From Veillonella parvula (GTDB lineage Bacteria > Bacillota > Negativicutes > Veillonellales > Veillonellaceae), in contig JAGZPX010000002.1 of the NCBI GenBank assembly GCA_018382475.1, positions 251,525 to 315,524 of the forward strand: a stretch of 64,000 nt of DNA. The letters are read 5' to 3'. The position numbers and the translations under genes were made by a program. How positions within the stretch are numbered: position 1 is the stretch's first letter; every line of letters begins with the position of its first letter. Positions 1 to 9,640 of this stretch are shown here, in pieces. Under the pieces are notes generated by a model. That model worked only from the letters and a program-made list of their open reading frames with translations. It made no database searches and was not told where the DNA came from.

Positions 1-252
1 CTTAAAGATAAGTTAAAAATAACTATCATTTAGCATCAAAAAGATATAGTTAAACTAAACTTCTCTTAACTATTAATAAATATAAATTATAAGATAAGCT
101 CATATTCTCTCATCATAAGATATGAACCATAACATGTTATTATTTTTGTTAACCAATTCATGTATTAAGTTGACAATTTATACATGAACGTTTACAATCA
201 AATTGTCAATATTTTATGTTTTTATTAAGTTAACAATTTCCCGGAGGCTATT

Positions 253-1281
253 ATGGCTTTGCCTATAGATCAACAACCATCCCAAGTGGGTACATACGAA
301 AAAATTCTTACCATTGCAAACCGCATCATGAACGGCGGCGAAATTACAAAAGAAGAAGCAATCGAGCTGATTCATACTTCAGATGATGATACCATGATTC
401 TACTCGCTATGGCTGATAAAATTCGCCAACATTTCAATGATAATTCTGTGGATGTATGTGCCATTGTTAATGCTCGGTCCGGCAAATGTCCTGAAAACTG
501 TAAATTCTGTGCTCAATCCGCACACCACAACACAGGCGTTCAGGAGTATCCTTTCATGGATGAAGAAAGCATTCTCCAAGCAGCACGTAAAGCTAAAGAG
601 GCTGGTGCAATTCGTTTTTCCATCGTAACAAGTGGTCGTAATACTAATAACCCTGACGAATTTGATCAAATCATCCATGTATTAGGCCGTATCAAAAATG
701 AAATTGGTCTTGAAATCTGCTGTTCCCTTGGGTTGTTAACTTACGAACAAGCACTCAAATTAAAAGAAGTTGGCGTTACTCGATACCACTCCAATATCGA
801 AACGGCACCTAGTCACTTCCCAGATATTTGTACTACACATTCCTACGAAGACAAAATGTTTACCATAGATAATGCACAAAAAGCAGGCATCCGTGTTTGC
901 TCTGGCGGCATTCTTGGTCTTAACGAAACATTAGAACAACGCGTTGAAATGGCGTTCGAACTTAAACGTTTACATATTGACTCCGTGCCATTAAACATTT
1001 TGAATCCTGTTAAAGGGACTCCATTTGAAAGCAACGAAGCTTTACGTCCATTAGATATCTTACGTACCTTCGCCGTATTCCGTTTCATCTTGCCAAACGC
1101 ATTGATACGAACTGCAGGTGGCCGCGAAGTAAATCTACGAGACTTACAAGCTTATGCTCTAAAAGGTGGCCTAAACGGTATCATGGTTGGTGGCTACTTA
1201 ACTACTGGCGGTCGTTCACCTCAAGACGATCTCCAAATGATTCAAGACTTGGAGTTGACTCGCAATACAGCTCAAGTCTAA
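253..1281 (+). CDS. bioB: biotin synthase (radical SAM)
   Basis: CxxxCxxC radical-SAM motif (SGKCPENCKFCAQS). Collinear BioB blocks: YHSNIETAPSHF, RVCSGGILGLNET, DSVPLNILNPVKGTP, RTAGGRE. Length 342 aa. Confidence 0.85.
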   Translation: MALPIDQQPSQVGTYEKILTIANRIMNGGEITKEEAIELIHTSDDDTMILLAMADKIRQHFNDNSVDVCAIVNARSGKCPENCKFCAQSAHHNTGVQEYPFMDEESILQAARKAKEAGAIRFSIVTSGRNTNNPDEFDQIIHVLGRIKNEIGLEICCSLGLLTYEQALKLKEVGVTRYHSNIETAPSHFPDICTTHSYEDKMFTIDNAQKAGIRVCSGGILGLNETLEQRVEMAFELKRLHIDSVPLNILNPVKGTPFESNEALRPLDILRTFAVFRFILPNALIRTAGGREVNLRDLQAYALKGGLNGIMVGGYLTTGGRSPQDDLQMIQDLELTRNTAQV

Positions 1282-1365
1282 AAACCTCATATATACCATT
1301 CTCTACATCTAGAGGATGTAGTATATAAAATATTCCCTAATGCTTTATAAATATTTTACACATAA

Positions 1366-1407
1366 AAAGAACCATCTAGTTTGCTGTACTAGATGGTTCT
1401 TTTATTT
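1366..1407. terminator. bidirectional rho-independent terminator between bioB and the convergent small gene
   Basis: Perfect 13-bp stem agaaccatctagt / actagatggttct with a 7-nt loop, followed by a T-run. Confidence 0.6.
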
Positions 1408-1764
1408 CCATAATAAAATATAAATGGCTTGACCATTTGTGTTCCCTGCAATGGGCTCAGGATTCTCATTAAATTCTACATTCTCATACGGCGTCCCGTC
1501 TGACATGTACGCATCTACCTTCAATGTTTCCATGGTTCGATTATATCTACTGATATAAACTTTATATCGCAATTCGTCGCCACCCAGTTCATTAACTCGC
1601 AGCCACAAAAGCGCATCGTAATCACTCTTCTGTACACTGTCATTGTCAATAAATAATTGGTTTCCTGATGCATCTGGTCCAACATAGTACCAGTCCGTTG
1701 CGTTAGTAGTCCCCCCTATACTGAGTAGCCACAAAAGTGTTAATATGGTGAATATTTTACTCAT
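1402..1764 (-). CDS. hypothetical secreted protein (N-terminal signal peptide)
   Basis: ORF of 120 aa with a hydrophobic signal-like N-terminus (MSKIFTILTLLWLLSIGGTTNA). No recognisable family. Confidence 0.45.
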   Translation of the reverse strand: MSKIFTILTLLWLLSIGGTTNATDWYYVGPDASGNQLFIDNDSVQKSDYDALLWLRVNELGGDELRYKVYISRYNRTMETLKVDAYMSDGTPYENVEFNENPEPIAGNTNGQAIYILLWK

Positions 1765-2126
1765 ATGACTGCCCCTCTCATGCTATCGAGCTGTATATTT
1801 TATAAAAGCTTAATGTGGATAAACCTTTATAAAATATACAACTTCTCCTTTATATAATACCAAAATTGTCCCATATTTATCAACAATAATTAAAATTAAT
1901 TACCATGTTTTTTACAAATATAAGAATTTTAAAGAAATTTATTAAATTTCTTCATTTTTAACTCATTTACCATTCCTATAATGATAATGTCAAATGATAG
2001 ATAGAGGTAACAATTCCCTGGTTGCCGTACGTGTATTTATCTCCCGACAAGTAATACTAACCCCAAACCTACTACTTGTTTAAATACATGTTTCATTTGA
2101 TATTAATACTAACACTCCCCTTACAT

Positions 2127-2160
2127 GAAAAAAGGACTCCCAATGGAGTCCTTTTTTCGT
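2127..2160 (-). terminator. rho-independent terminator downstream of the TetR-family gene
   Basis: Hairpin aaaggactcc-caat-ggagtccttt followed by a T-run, just 3' of the minus-strand stop at 2206. Confidence 0.5.
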
Positions 2161-2205
2161 TGTCTAAATAAAATTATAAGATATAAAAATACATGAGTAT
2201 ACATA

Positions 2206-2835
2206 CTATTTACTTTGTAACCCACGATAAGCAAATTCGAAAATAATACGCTGAGCTTCTAACCACTGATCACTCTGAGACCACTTATATTGTTTATTAA
2301 CAGCATATAGTCCGTGTACTAAAAACAAAAAAATAGATACGCCCACATCAAATGAAACCCCAAGTGCTTCTGCCATAACGAGCCCTTGTCGATCCTTTTC
2401 ACACTGTATAATGCGTTGTAATACATATTCTGAAATTTGTTCATCCAAAAATAAAGGTAAATATTTTTTTCGTCGTATAATACGCTGACATAACGGTAGT
2501 CTATCAAAAATAGAATCGTATGCTTCTCTCAATGACACAGAATCAGAAGCAGCTGATAAGGTTCTAGCTATAGTTTGTAAATTGTTGTTATCTACCATTC
2601 CTGGCTTTGAATAAGCGATTGCATCATCCACTAAATCATCAACAATTTCCATGATATTACTATAGTGTAAATAAAAAGTAGAACGAGTTATACCTGACGT
2701 TTTACACAACAATGTTACTGTTATAGACTCAAAAGAATGGTTCTTTAAACAACTAAGCAACCCTTCTTTTAACAACATACGTGTCATTTCTTTTCGAGTT
2801 ATCATAAAACCTCCAATATAGACACTTTTATACAA
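2206..2835 (-). CDS. TetR/AcrR family transcriptional regulator
   Basis: N-terminal HTH typical of TetR (ITVTLLCKTSGITRSTFYLHYSN). About 200 aa. The true start is probably the internal Met near 2817. Confidence 0.65.
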   Translation of the reverse strand: MYKSVYIGGFMITRKEMTRMLLKEGLLSCLKNHSFESITVTLLCKTSGITRSTFYLHYSNIMEIVDDLVDDAIAYSKPGMVDNNNLQTIARTLSAASDSVSLREAYDSIFDRLPLCQRIIRRKKYLPLFLDEQISEYVLQRIIQCEKDRQGLVMAEALGVSFDVGVSIFLFLVHGLYAVNKQYKWSQSDQWLEAQRIIFEFAYRGLQSK

Positions 2836-2966
2836 TATGTCTATTAATAAACAGAGTGTTAATTATTGTTGAGACTAGTATAACAAAACAAGGTACACTA
2901 ATTCTAGAGATTACAAATAATAATCTATTCAATTAAATCAATAATAATTCAATTAAGGAGATAACT

Positions 2967-3752
2967 ATGACACAATATACTCACATTCGAAATGCAACGG
3001 GAAAATTAACAATAAAAAACACAACATTTCTTATTGATCCATTCTTAGCACCAAAAGATACTTATCCTGGCTTTGAAGGTACATTTAACTACCAGCAAAG
3101 AATGCCTATAATTGATTTGCCTGTATCAATGGATGAGCTATTAAACGATGTAACAGCAGTAGTAGTTACACATACACATCTTGATCATTGGGATGATACG
3201 GCAATTAAATCTATTCCAAAATCACTTCCAATTTTTGTACAAAATACAGCAGATAAAGAACTTATTACTACCCAAGGCTTTAATGATGTACGCATCATTT
3301 TTGAAAGTCTGGAGTTTAATGGTATCACATTAAGAAAAACAGGTGGCTCTCATGGTACTGTAGAAATGTATGCAAACCCAATTCTCGCACCATTAGCAGG
3401 TGATGCGATGGGTGTTATTTTTGAAGCACAAGATGAGCCAACAGTTTACCTTGTAGGTGATACAGTTTGGACAAGTGATGTAGAGAAGGCCCTCCTTCGT
3501 TTTGACCCTAAAGTTATTATTATGAACACGGGATATGCTCAAATTTTAGGCTTTGAAGATAGTATTATTATGGGCACAAAAGATATTGGTCGCATGGTAG
3601 CACGCAAACCAGAGGCTAAAATCATTGCGGTTCACATGGATACAGTTAATCATACTGCAACAAGTCGTAAGGATGTGCGCAAATTTATCAAAGGCACCAA
3701 CATTGAAAGCCATGTAGCAGTGCCTGAAGATGGTGAAACCATCACACTTTAA
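2967..3752 (+). CDS. MBL-fold metallo-hydrolase
   Basis: HxHxDH metal-binding motif (VVTHTHLDHWDD). 261 aa. Strong RBS aaggag upstream. Confidence 0.75.
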   Translation: MTQYTHIRNATGKLTIKNTTFLIDPFLAPKDTYPGFEGTFNYQQRMPIIDLPVSMDELLNDVTAVVVTHTHLDHWDDTAIKSIPKSLPIFVQNTADKELITTQGFNDVRIIFESLEFNGITLRKTGGSHGTVEMYANPILAPLAGDAMGVIFEAQDEPTVYLVGDTVWTSDVEKALLRFDPKVIIMNTGYAQILGFEDSIIMGTKDIGRMVARKPEAKIIAVHMDTVNHTATSRKDVRKFIKGTNIESHVAVPEDGETITL

Positions 3753-3825
3753 TAGGTCTAAAACAATTAGTACATTATACTACGGCTAATACAAGACTAG
3801 TAAAAAATCTATCCACAAACAATAA

Positions 3826-3888
3826 AAAACACCCTCTTAATTCTAATAGTCATAATAACTATAAGATCTATAGAGGGTGTTTTTATAC
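3826..3888. terminator. bidirectional terminator between the MBL hydrolase gene and cooS
   Basis: Inverted repeat aacaccctct ... agagggtgtt followed by a T-run. Confidence 0.5.
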
Positions 3889-3921
3889 TTAACTACAAAT
3901 TATAATCTATCAAAAGATAAA

Positions 3922-6093
3922 CTATTTTACTTCAGCCCAACCTAAAGCAGCACGTTTTTCATCGATATCTGCCAAGATTTTCTCAGCTACTTTAGCAGGG
4001 TCAGTATTTACATACATAACGGAACCTAAGAGATCTTTAGTGTCTTCTTTAAGCCATTTTGTAACAGCATCAGAGCCTTGTGTAGGTGGTTCAACGCAAT
4101 GGTAAGAGTTAATCCCCATCAATCGGAAACCGAGGGATGCACCAACACCTTTTTCGTTTGACCATTCAGGACTAGACATAGCAAATGGTAATTGAGGCAA
4201 GTTAACGCCTAATTCTGCTGCGATACCACCGAAGATACCAGAGGAACGCGCATTATCTACACATTCGCCAACATGCCATACTGGTGGTTGATCATCGCCC
4301 AAGAACTCCTGCAATGCAGGGCTACATTTCTTAATAGCATCTGTATTACAATAGCCAAGTTTCATCAATGGGAAGGATGCGCAACCATTAGTTAAGATAA
4401 GGCAGCCATTTTTAATAAGTGTATCAACAACATCTACAGTTGCTTTTTCATAGATAACACGAGGATTGGAACAACCTACTACGTTAACGATACCGCGAAT
4501 TTTACCAGATTTTAATGCCTCTGCCAATGGTTTGAAGGAACCATAATGTTTAACAGTAGATTCTGGAGAGAAACCAACTTCTGCAGTAATTTCATATGGC
4601 GGAATGAATACAGGCATACCCTTGCGCAATTCATGAGCTTCAAGAGCGCGATCCAAGATTTTGCGAGCCAATTCTTTTGTTTCAGCCAAGTTAGTGTGAT
4701 GGTGGTCGTAGCCGATATGTTCTGCACCTGGTAAACGAGCTGCATCAGATGTAGTGATAACTTTTGTGTTGAAGCAACGTGCTACGTCCATAATAGCAGG
4801 GTAAACGTCTTGAACGTCAGCTACCCAGCAATCGAGTGCACCAGTACCAAGTACAAGTTCCGCACCGATAGCATTACACAATGGAATAACGTTTTCGTAG
4901 CGGTACATGCTGGACAAACCAGAGCAACAAATACCATAGAATTGGATGCCTTTGGCACCGATAGCTTTTGCTTTTTCTAAATATTCTTCAGAGGCACCAA
5001 TTGTACAAATTTGAGATACCAATGTTGGCAAGTGACCATGAACAGCGATGTTAACATACCCTTTTTTCAAGGCACCAATGTTAACTTTGGAAGTACGACG
5101 ACCACCTTGCCCGAACAATGCGTCTGTTGCGATATCCGCTGCCACTACGCCAGTGAATGTGAAAGCAAGGCCACAACGTAAGAATTGCTTCATGTTGCTT
5201 TCCCAATCGCCATCTGTACCTACGCATGTACGATGATATGCATCGAAGGCTTCATTGTATGCAGAAATAGGTAAGATATCCAAGTTTTTCCAAACTTCGC
5301 GGCGTTCAGCAGGAGCCATCGCAGTAATTGTTTTATATTCGCCAGGTAATGCACGGCTCAAATCTTCTAATAGAACATCTGCCAAGTCATTTGCCACTTC
5401 TTTTAAGGAACGACCTTCTTCAGGGATATTGAAAGCTTTACATACAGTACGGATTTTTTCTTCCCCCAAAATTGGAATATCCAATTGGTCATTAGCAGCC
5501 GCTTTCAAAGAAATCAAGATTTCACGAGCATGCGCACCATGTTGAGTCAAACCACCTGCAGCAGCACGTGTCATATTACGAGCTACGATAAGATCAGCAT
5601 CGGCACCACAGACACCACGAGGGCTCTTAGGTGTAATTTTACATGGACCCATGAAGCAGATACGACAACATACACCGGCAATACCAAATGTACATTGTGG
5701 TTGTTGTTTATCAAAACGGTCAAATACTGTATCGCAACCGATTTGCTCCATGCGAAGAATCATTTCGCGTACCGCAGGATCTGGTGTTTGTTCAATAACA
5801 TCTTGTTTTGTAGGCCATGTTTTACGATACTCAGCAACGGCTTTCATATAGTCATTTACGCCATGTTCATGAGGTACCCCTGGTTCATGAGTGTGTGGCA
5901 CCCATTTATCCGTCGGAAGAACCTTTGCATGACTATGGTCGTGATTGTGGTCATGTTGATGATCGTGGTCGTGACCATGATGATCATGACCACCACAGTG
6001 GCAATGATGATCATGATTATGATTGTGACCATGATCATGTTGTTCACCATGATTATGGTCATGGATATTTTTGTTTTCCACATCTTTACTCAT
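3922..6093 (-). CDS. cooS: anaerobic carbon-monoxide dehydrogenase catalytic subunit (Ni,Fe-CODH) with a His-rich N-terminal extension
   Basis: Conserved CooS N-terminal cluster region FDRFDKQQPQCTFGIAGVCCRICFMGPCKI...RGVCGADADLIVARN. 723 aa. The first ~70 aa are HD/HN/HG repeats (HDHNHGEQHDHGHNHNHDHHCHCGGHDHHGHDHDHQHDHNHDHSH). Confidence 0.8.
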   Translation of the reverse strand: MSKDVENKNIHDHNHGEQHDHGHNHNHDHHCHCGGHDHHGHDHDHQHDHNHDHSHAKVLPTDKWVPHTHEPGVPHEHGVNDYMKAVAEYRKTWPTKQDVIEQTPDPAVREMILRMEQIGCDTVFDRFDKQQPQCTFGIAGVCCRICFMGPCKITPKSPRGVCGADADLIVARNMTRAAAGGLTQHGAHAREILISLKAAANDQLDIPILGEEKIRTVCKAFNIPEEGRSLKEVANDLADVLLEDLSRALPGEYKTITAMAPAERREVWKNLDILPISAYNEAFDAYHRTCVGTDGDWESNMKQFLRCGLAFTFTGVVAADIATDALFGQGGRRTSKVNIGALKKGYVNIAVHGHLPTLVSQICTIGASEEYLEKAKAIGAKGIQFYGICCSGLSSMYRYENVIPLCNAIGAELVLGTGALDCWVADVQDVYPAIMDVARCFNTKVITTSDAARLPGAEHIGYDHHHTNLAETKELARKILDRALEAHELRKGMPVFIPPYEITAEVGFSPESTVKHYGSFKPLAEALKSGKIRGIVNVVGCSNPRVIYEKATVDVVDTLIKNGCLILTNGCASFPLMKLGYCNTDAIKKCSPALQEFLGDDQPPVWHVGECVDNARSSGIFGGIAAELGVNLPQLPFAMSSPEWSNEKGVGASLGFRLMGINSYHCVEPPTQGSDAVTKWLKEDTKDLLGSVMYVNTDPAKVAEKILADIDEKRAALGWAEVK

Positions 6094-6506
6094 TTGAAAC
6101 CTCCTAGGGGCCTACATAGGCCAACCAATAATAACAAAAAACATATTCTACTTTTAATTCTTTTTAAATCCACTATAATGATGGGTTTTAAATCCTATCT
6201 CCTAAATATGTTTTAAACTACTATAAGTATATTTTCTGAAAGGACATTTGTCAATTAAAATTTGAGAAATTTTTTACGCATCTATATCTAATAATATGAT
6301 AATTACTATATTTATTTAATTCGATTTTTTCAGTTTCTTTTCATAAATAAAAAGAGACTAATTCCTAAATTTTACAGGAATTAGTCTCTTTATCTTATTG
6401 ATTAATTGATTGATTGATTTACGTATTAATTTATGTATTAATTATTAATTTATTAATATGATCCACCCCTCAGGATATGCCACCTAAATATCTTTATACC
6501 TATACA

Positions 6507-7412
6507 CTACAAAAATTGCTGCATGATATGTGCTACTTCAGATAAATGGAAACGTTTTGCCCTATCAGACCTCGCCACAAGAACTAATTGACGGAAACAA
6601 AGTTTCGATGCAAGAGGATAAAATTTAACCTTATCGTCATCCCCCTTGCTATTAAGAGTATTCGGTAAGAATGTAATACCATAATCATCTTCTACCAAGG
6701 ACCGGCATGAATCTAAAGTTTCAGCGCCAATTACGGCTTTTGGCACAAAGGATTCCGCTTGACATAGACGGTTTACCAACGTCCGCAATTTGAGTCCTTC
6801 TCTTAACAAAATAAACGGAAATGCTCCAAAGGGTGCAATTTCTCGAATTCCATCATTAGTCATGAGAGAATCTGCAATATCTATGGCCTTCTTGTTTTCC
6901 ACACTAATGGCCAATAAAATCTGCTCATCTAAAACGGGATAACTTTCAAGATCCTGAGAATAAATCGGCGTTGGGAATAATCCTACATCTACTAAGCCAT
7001 CACAAATTTGCTGTTCCAAAAAATGAGATTCTCCCTCTACAACATGGAACTCCCAAGTAGGTTCAATCTGTTGAAAGCTTTTCAATGTTTTCCCAAGCAT
7101 ATGATGTCCATAGAATTGAGACAAGCCGATACGCACATGATAGGCTACATCTGTGCCTTGATTAATGATAGATTGCGTTAAAGCCTCCACCTTTAAAACT
7201 AACGGCATGCCCTCTTTTGCAACTTGTAACGCCGCAGCAGTTGGCACGACTTTTGTGCGATCACGAACAAACAACGTAACTCCTAGCTCTGCTTCAATAC
7301 GACGAATCCCCTGACTCAACGCCGGCTGAGAAATATATAATTTTTTAGATGCCTTTGAAAATGATGCCATCTCAACGATGGTACTAATATATTTAATGTC
7401 TTTTATGTCCAT
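6507..7412 (-). CDS. LysR family transcriptional regulator
   Basis: N-terminal LysR HTH (ISQPALSQGIRRIEAELGVTLFVRDR) and a C-terminal substrate-binding domain. 301 aa. Confidence 0.8.
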   Translation of the reverse strand: MDIKDIKYISTIVEMASFSKASKKLYISQPALSQGIRRIEAELGVTLFVRDRTKVVPTAAALQVAKEGMPLVLKVEALTQSIINQGTDVAYHVRIGLSQFYGHHMLGKTLKSFQQIEPTWEFHVVEGESHFLEQQICDGLVDVGLFPTPIYSQDLESYPVLDEQILLAISVENKKAIDIADSLMTNDGIREIAPFGAFPFILLREGLKLRTLVNRLCQAESFVPKAVIGAETLDSCRSLVEDDYGITFLPNTLNSKGDDDKVKFYPLASKLCFRQLVLVARSDRAKRFHLSEVAHIMQQFL

Positions 7413-7526
7413 ATAGAAGTCCTTATAACTATGTCCGTATACAAGTCTTATAATAAAACATTATTTCTATTATAGCCATACATTACTAAAATATATGTTA
7501 CATATACATGGGGAAAAATAAAAATA

Positions 7527-7566
7527 CCAAGAAATTTAGTGTCTTACAAAGCTAAATTTCTTGGTA
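7527..7566 (-). terminator. rho-independent terminator downstream of pckA
   Basis: Palindrome accaagaaatttag ... ctaaatttcttggt, with a U-rich tract following on the minus strand. Confidence 0.5.
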
Positions 7567-7642
7567 TGTCTTATAAGGTAAACGAACTACATATTGGATG
7601 CGATAGAGCCGCATTCTATTACAGCCCTTTTTAATTTTTAGA

Positions 7643-9271
7643 TCACATTAAGGATTTAAGTACATCCAATACTTCTTGAGGTAATTCGTTTTTATGACCT
7701 TTAAGTTTTTCCACATAGTCATAACGGAATTCAAAAGCTTGGTGCAATTGGTGATGGTATTCACGTACTTCGAATGGAGGTTCAAAACCTGGTACCTCTA
7801 CATAGGAAAGATTTTCGTATTCACAGAATGGTTTGAATTCCAATGTACCTTCCACCAAACGTTCCAACAAATCAAGAGTAACTTCTTTAGGAATTTTATT
7901 TTCCAAGAAGAAGCCTGTATTCATGATGTAGCATTCAACGCCACATTCGCAGAACAGTTTTTTATAGCTTTCATAGTCACGAACCAATGGATATGTACGG
8001 AATGGATTTGCGTAAGGTTCGATAACAAGTGCATTTGGATCGACGTGAGCATCAAGTTTTTCCGCTGTAGAACGGCGTGTAGCGAGTGTAGCACCCATAG
8101 TAGATGCCAATACTGGATCATCAATTTTAAGAATAGGTGGCAAAGTTTTATCTTTCATAAGCCATACTATGGCATTAACCGGTTCACCAACGTAGTTTAC
8201 GCGATTGTCTGTCCAGAATTGAGATTTGATAGCACGACCATTGCTATTACGCACATCTTCTGCCAATACAACCTTGCGACCATCTTCATCCATTGTTACG
8301 CCTACGTTTTGTAGTGTTAACAAGAATTCATTAGCAGGATGTTCCACAGGATAATCTTGCATTTTATCGAAGTATGTAGGTTCAAGAGCAATAGAACTCA
8401 AATCGTTTGTATTGATAACATACGCGTCGTCATGCAAGATAGAAATATCATAACGACCATCATGTTTTTCATGAGTTAACGTAGATTTACCGGAGCCGGA
8501 CAAACCGAACACACCGATAGTATATGTTTTACCACCTTCAAGGTTGTAACGTTTCATACCGCCGTGGCATGCAACATAGTCGAAGCGGTTCGCCAAGGAC
8601 CACGCAAGTGTAAGCGTACCTTTTTTATGCTCGCCGAAGTAGCGCATACCAAGAATCATGGCACAGTTATGAGCAGGGTCAAAAATAGCAAGACCACCTG
8701 GATGACCTGGCACAACATAATCAGGATCAGAGTAAATATAGATATCGCCTTCCGGAATGTCCACACTATCGTTGTAGAACTCTTTTACAGCCGCATCAAA
8801 GAACTTAAAGTTCATAAGCCAAGAATACAAAATAGACGCGTGATCTTTTGGAATCATTAAATGAGCACGAGCTGTGAATTTTTTATCAAGACCAACGATA
8901 GATTCCGCAGAAATCCACTCTTTATTGCGGCTATCATATACTGCATCGCGTGCAATGTTAGCGAGTTCAACTTCATCTATGCCTTCATCGCCAATAATAC
9001 GGCGAGCTTTAGCATAACGGCCAGTAGTTTTACCATCATTTGTAACAAGAACCTTTGCATCAGCTGGCAAGCCTTGCTCTAATGGTTTAAATACTGGCAT
9101 ATCGAGGATGATAACACCTGGCTCTTCAGAGGCTAATTGATACGCTTGTGCCACAGATGTTACAGGAGTTACATTGTTCCCATAGAATGCAGTTTCAATT
9201 GTACTGCGCATCATAGAAAATAATGGGTTTGTTTTGATTTCACTTTGCTTCCAAACGCGTCTTGTAGACAT
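7643..9271 (-). CDS. pckA: phosphoenolpyruvate carboxykinase (ATP)
   Basis: PEPCK-ATP kinase-1a motif GLSGSGKSTLT and the conserved HDDAY, NTGF and RNSNGRA blocks. The ORF track extends to 9403, but the start at ~9271 (MSTRRVW) has the RBS GGTGAGGA and gives a typical ~540 aa protein. Confidence 0.85.
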   Translation of the reverse strand: MSTRRVWKQSEIKTNPLFSMMRSTIETAFYGNNVTPVTSVAQAYQLASEEPGVIILDMPVFKPLEQGLPADAKVLVTNDGKTTGRYAKARRIIGDEGIDEVELANIARDAVYDSRNKEWISAESIVGLDKKFTARAHLMIPKDHASILYSWLMNFKFFDAAVKEFYNDSVDIPEGDIYIYSDPDYVVPGHPGGLAIFDPAHNCAMILGMRYFGEHKKGTLTLAWSLANRFDYVACHGGMKRYNLEGGKTYTIGVFGLSGSGKSTLTHEKHDGRYDISILHDDAYVINTNDLSSIALEPTYFDKMQDYPVEHPANEFLLTLQNVGVTMDEDGRKVVLAEDVRNSNGRAIKSQFWTDNRVNYVGEPVNAIVWLMKDKTLPPILKIDDPVLASTMGATLATRRSTAEKLDAHVDPNALVIEPYANPFRTYPLVRDYESYKKLFCECGVECYIMNTGFFLENKIPKEVTLDLLERLVEGTLEFKPFCEYENLSYVEVPGFEPPFEVREYHHQLHQAFEFRYDYVEKLKGHKNELPQEVLDVLKSLM

Positions 9272-9584
9272 AGTATCTAGATCCTCACCTTTAAATATAT
9301 TAGTAATTTCTCTTGTAGAAGTAATTTTGTATATGAAAACACTGCTTAGGCAAATACTTTCATTATTTTCTATTTTACCCTTTTCAATCAAATTTGTATA
9401 CATAAAACAGATGATTTATAGAAAATTAATGTATGTTTATTTTGAATTAGTGCAACACATTTGTAATGTAATAAATTAATACCTAGCTGCATAAAACCAT
9501 TAGTATTCAATAGAACACCTTAAAAAAATAAACATAGTTACAAAGTAACTAGTTTTATTTACAAATCAACTAGTCAAATAGCAA

Positions 9585-9630
9585 AACGAAAAAGAGGCAA
9601 GGTCCTAAGCACTTGCCTCTTTCACGTTTA
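9585..9630. terminator. bidirectional terminator downstream of the DUF438-family gene
   Basis: Hairpin gaggcaag ... cttgcctc flanked by A-rich and T-rich runs. Confidence 0.5.
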
Positions 9631-9640
9631 AAAAATACAA

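Noticed and set aside
5485-6216. 243-aa plus-strand ORF, and the 75-, 96- and 66-aa ORFs, overlapping the cooS 5' region; highly Met/Ile/Val/Thr-rich
   Set aside because: They are antisense and offset-frame artefacts of the His-codon (CAT/CAC) repeats in the cooS N-terminal extension. They have no RBS and overlap a strongly supported gene.
7694-8314. 206-aa plus-strand ORF inside pckA, and other 60-120-aa ORFs antisense to ileS, trpB, trpCF and the transporter genes
   Set aside because: They are antisense to well-supported conserved genes, have no RBS, and have skewed composition. These are typical shadow ORFs.
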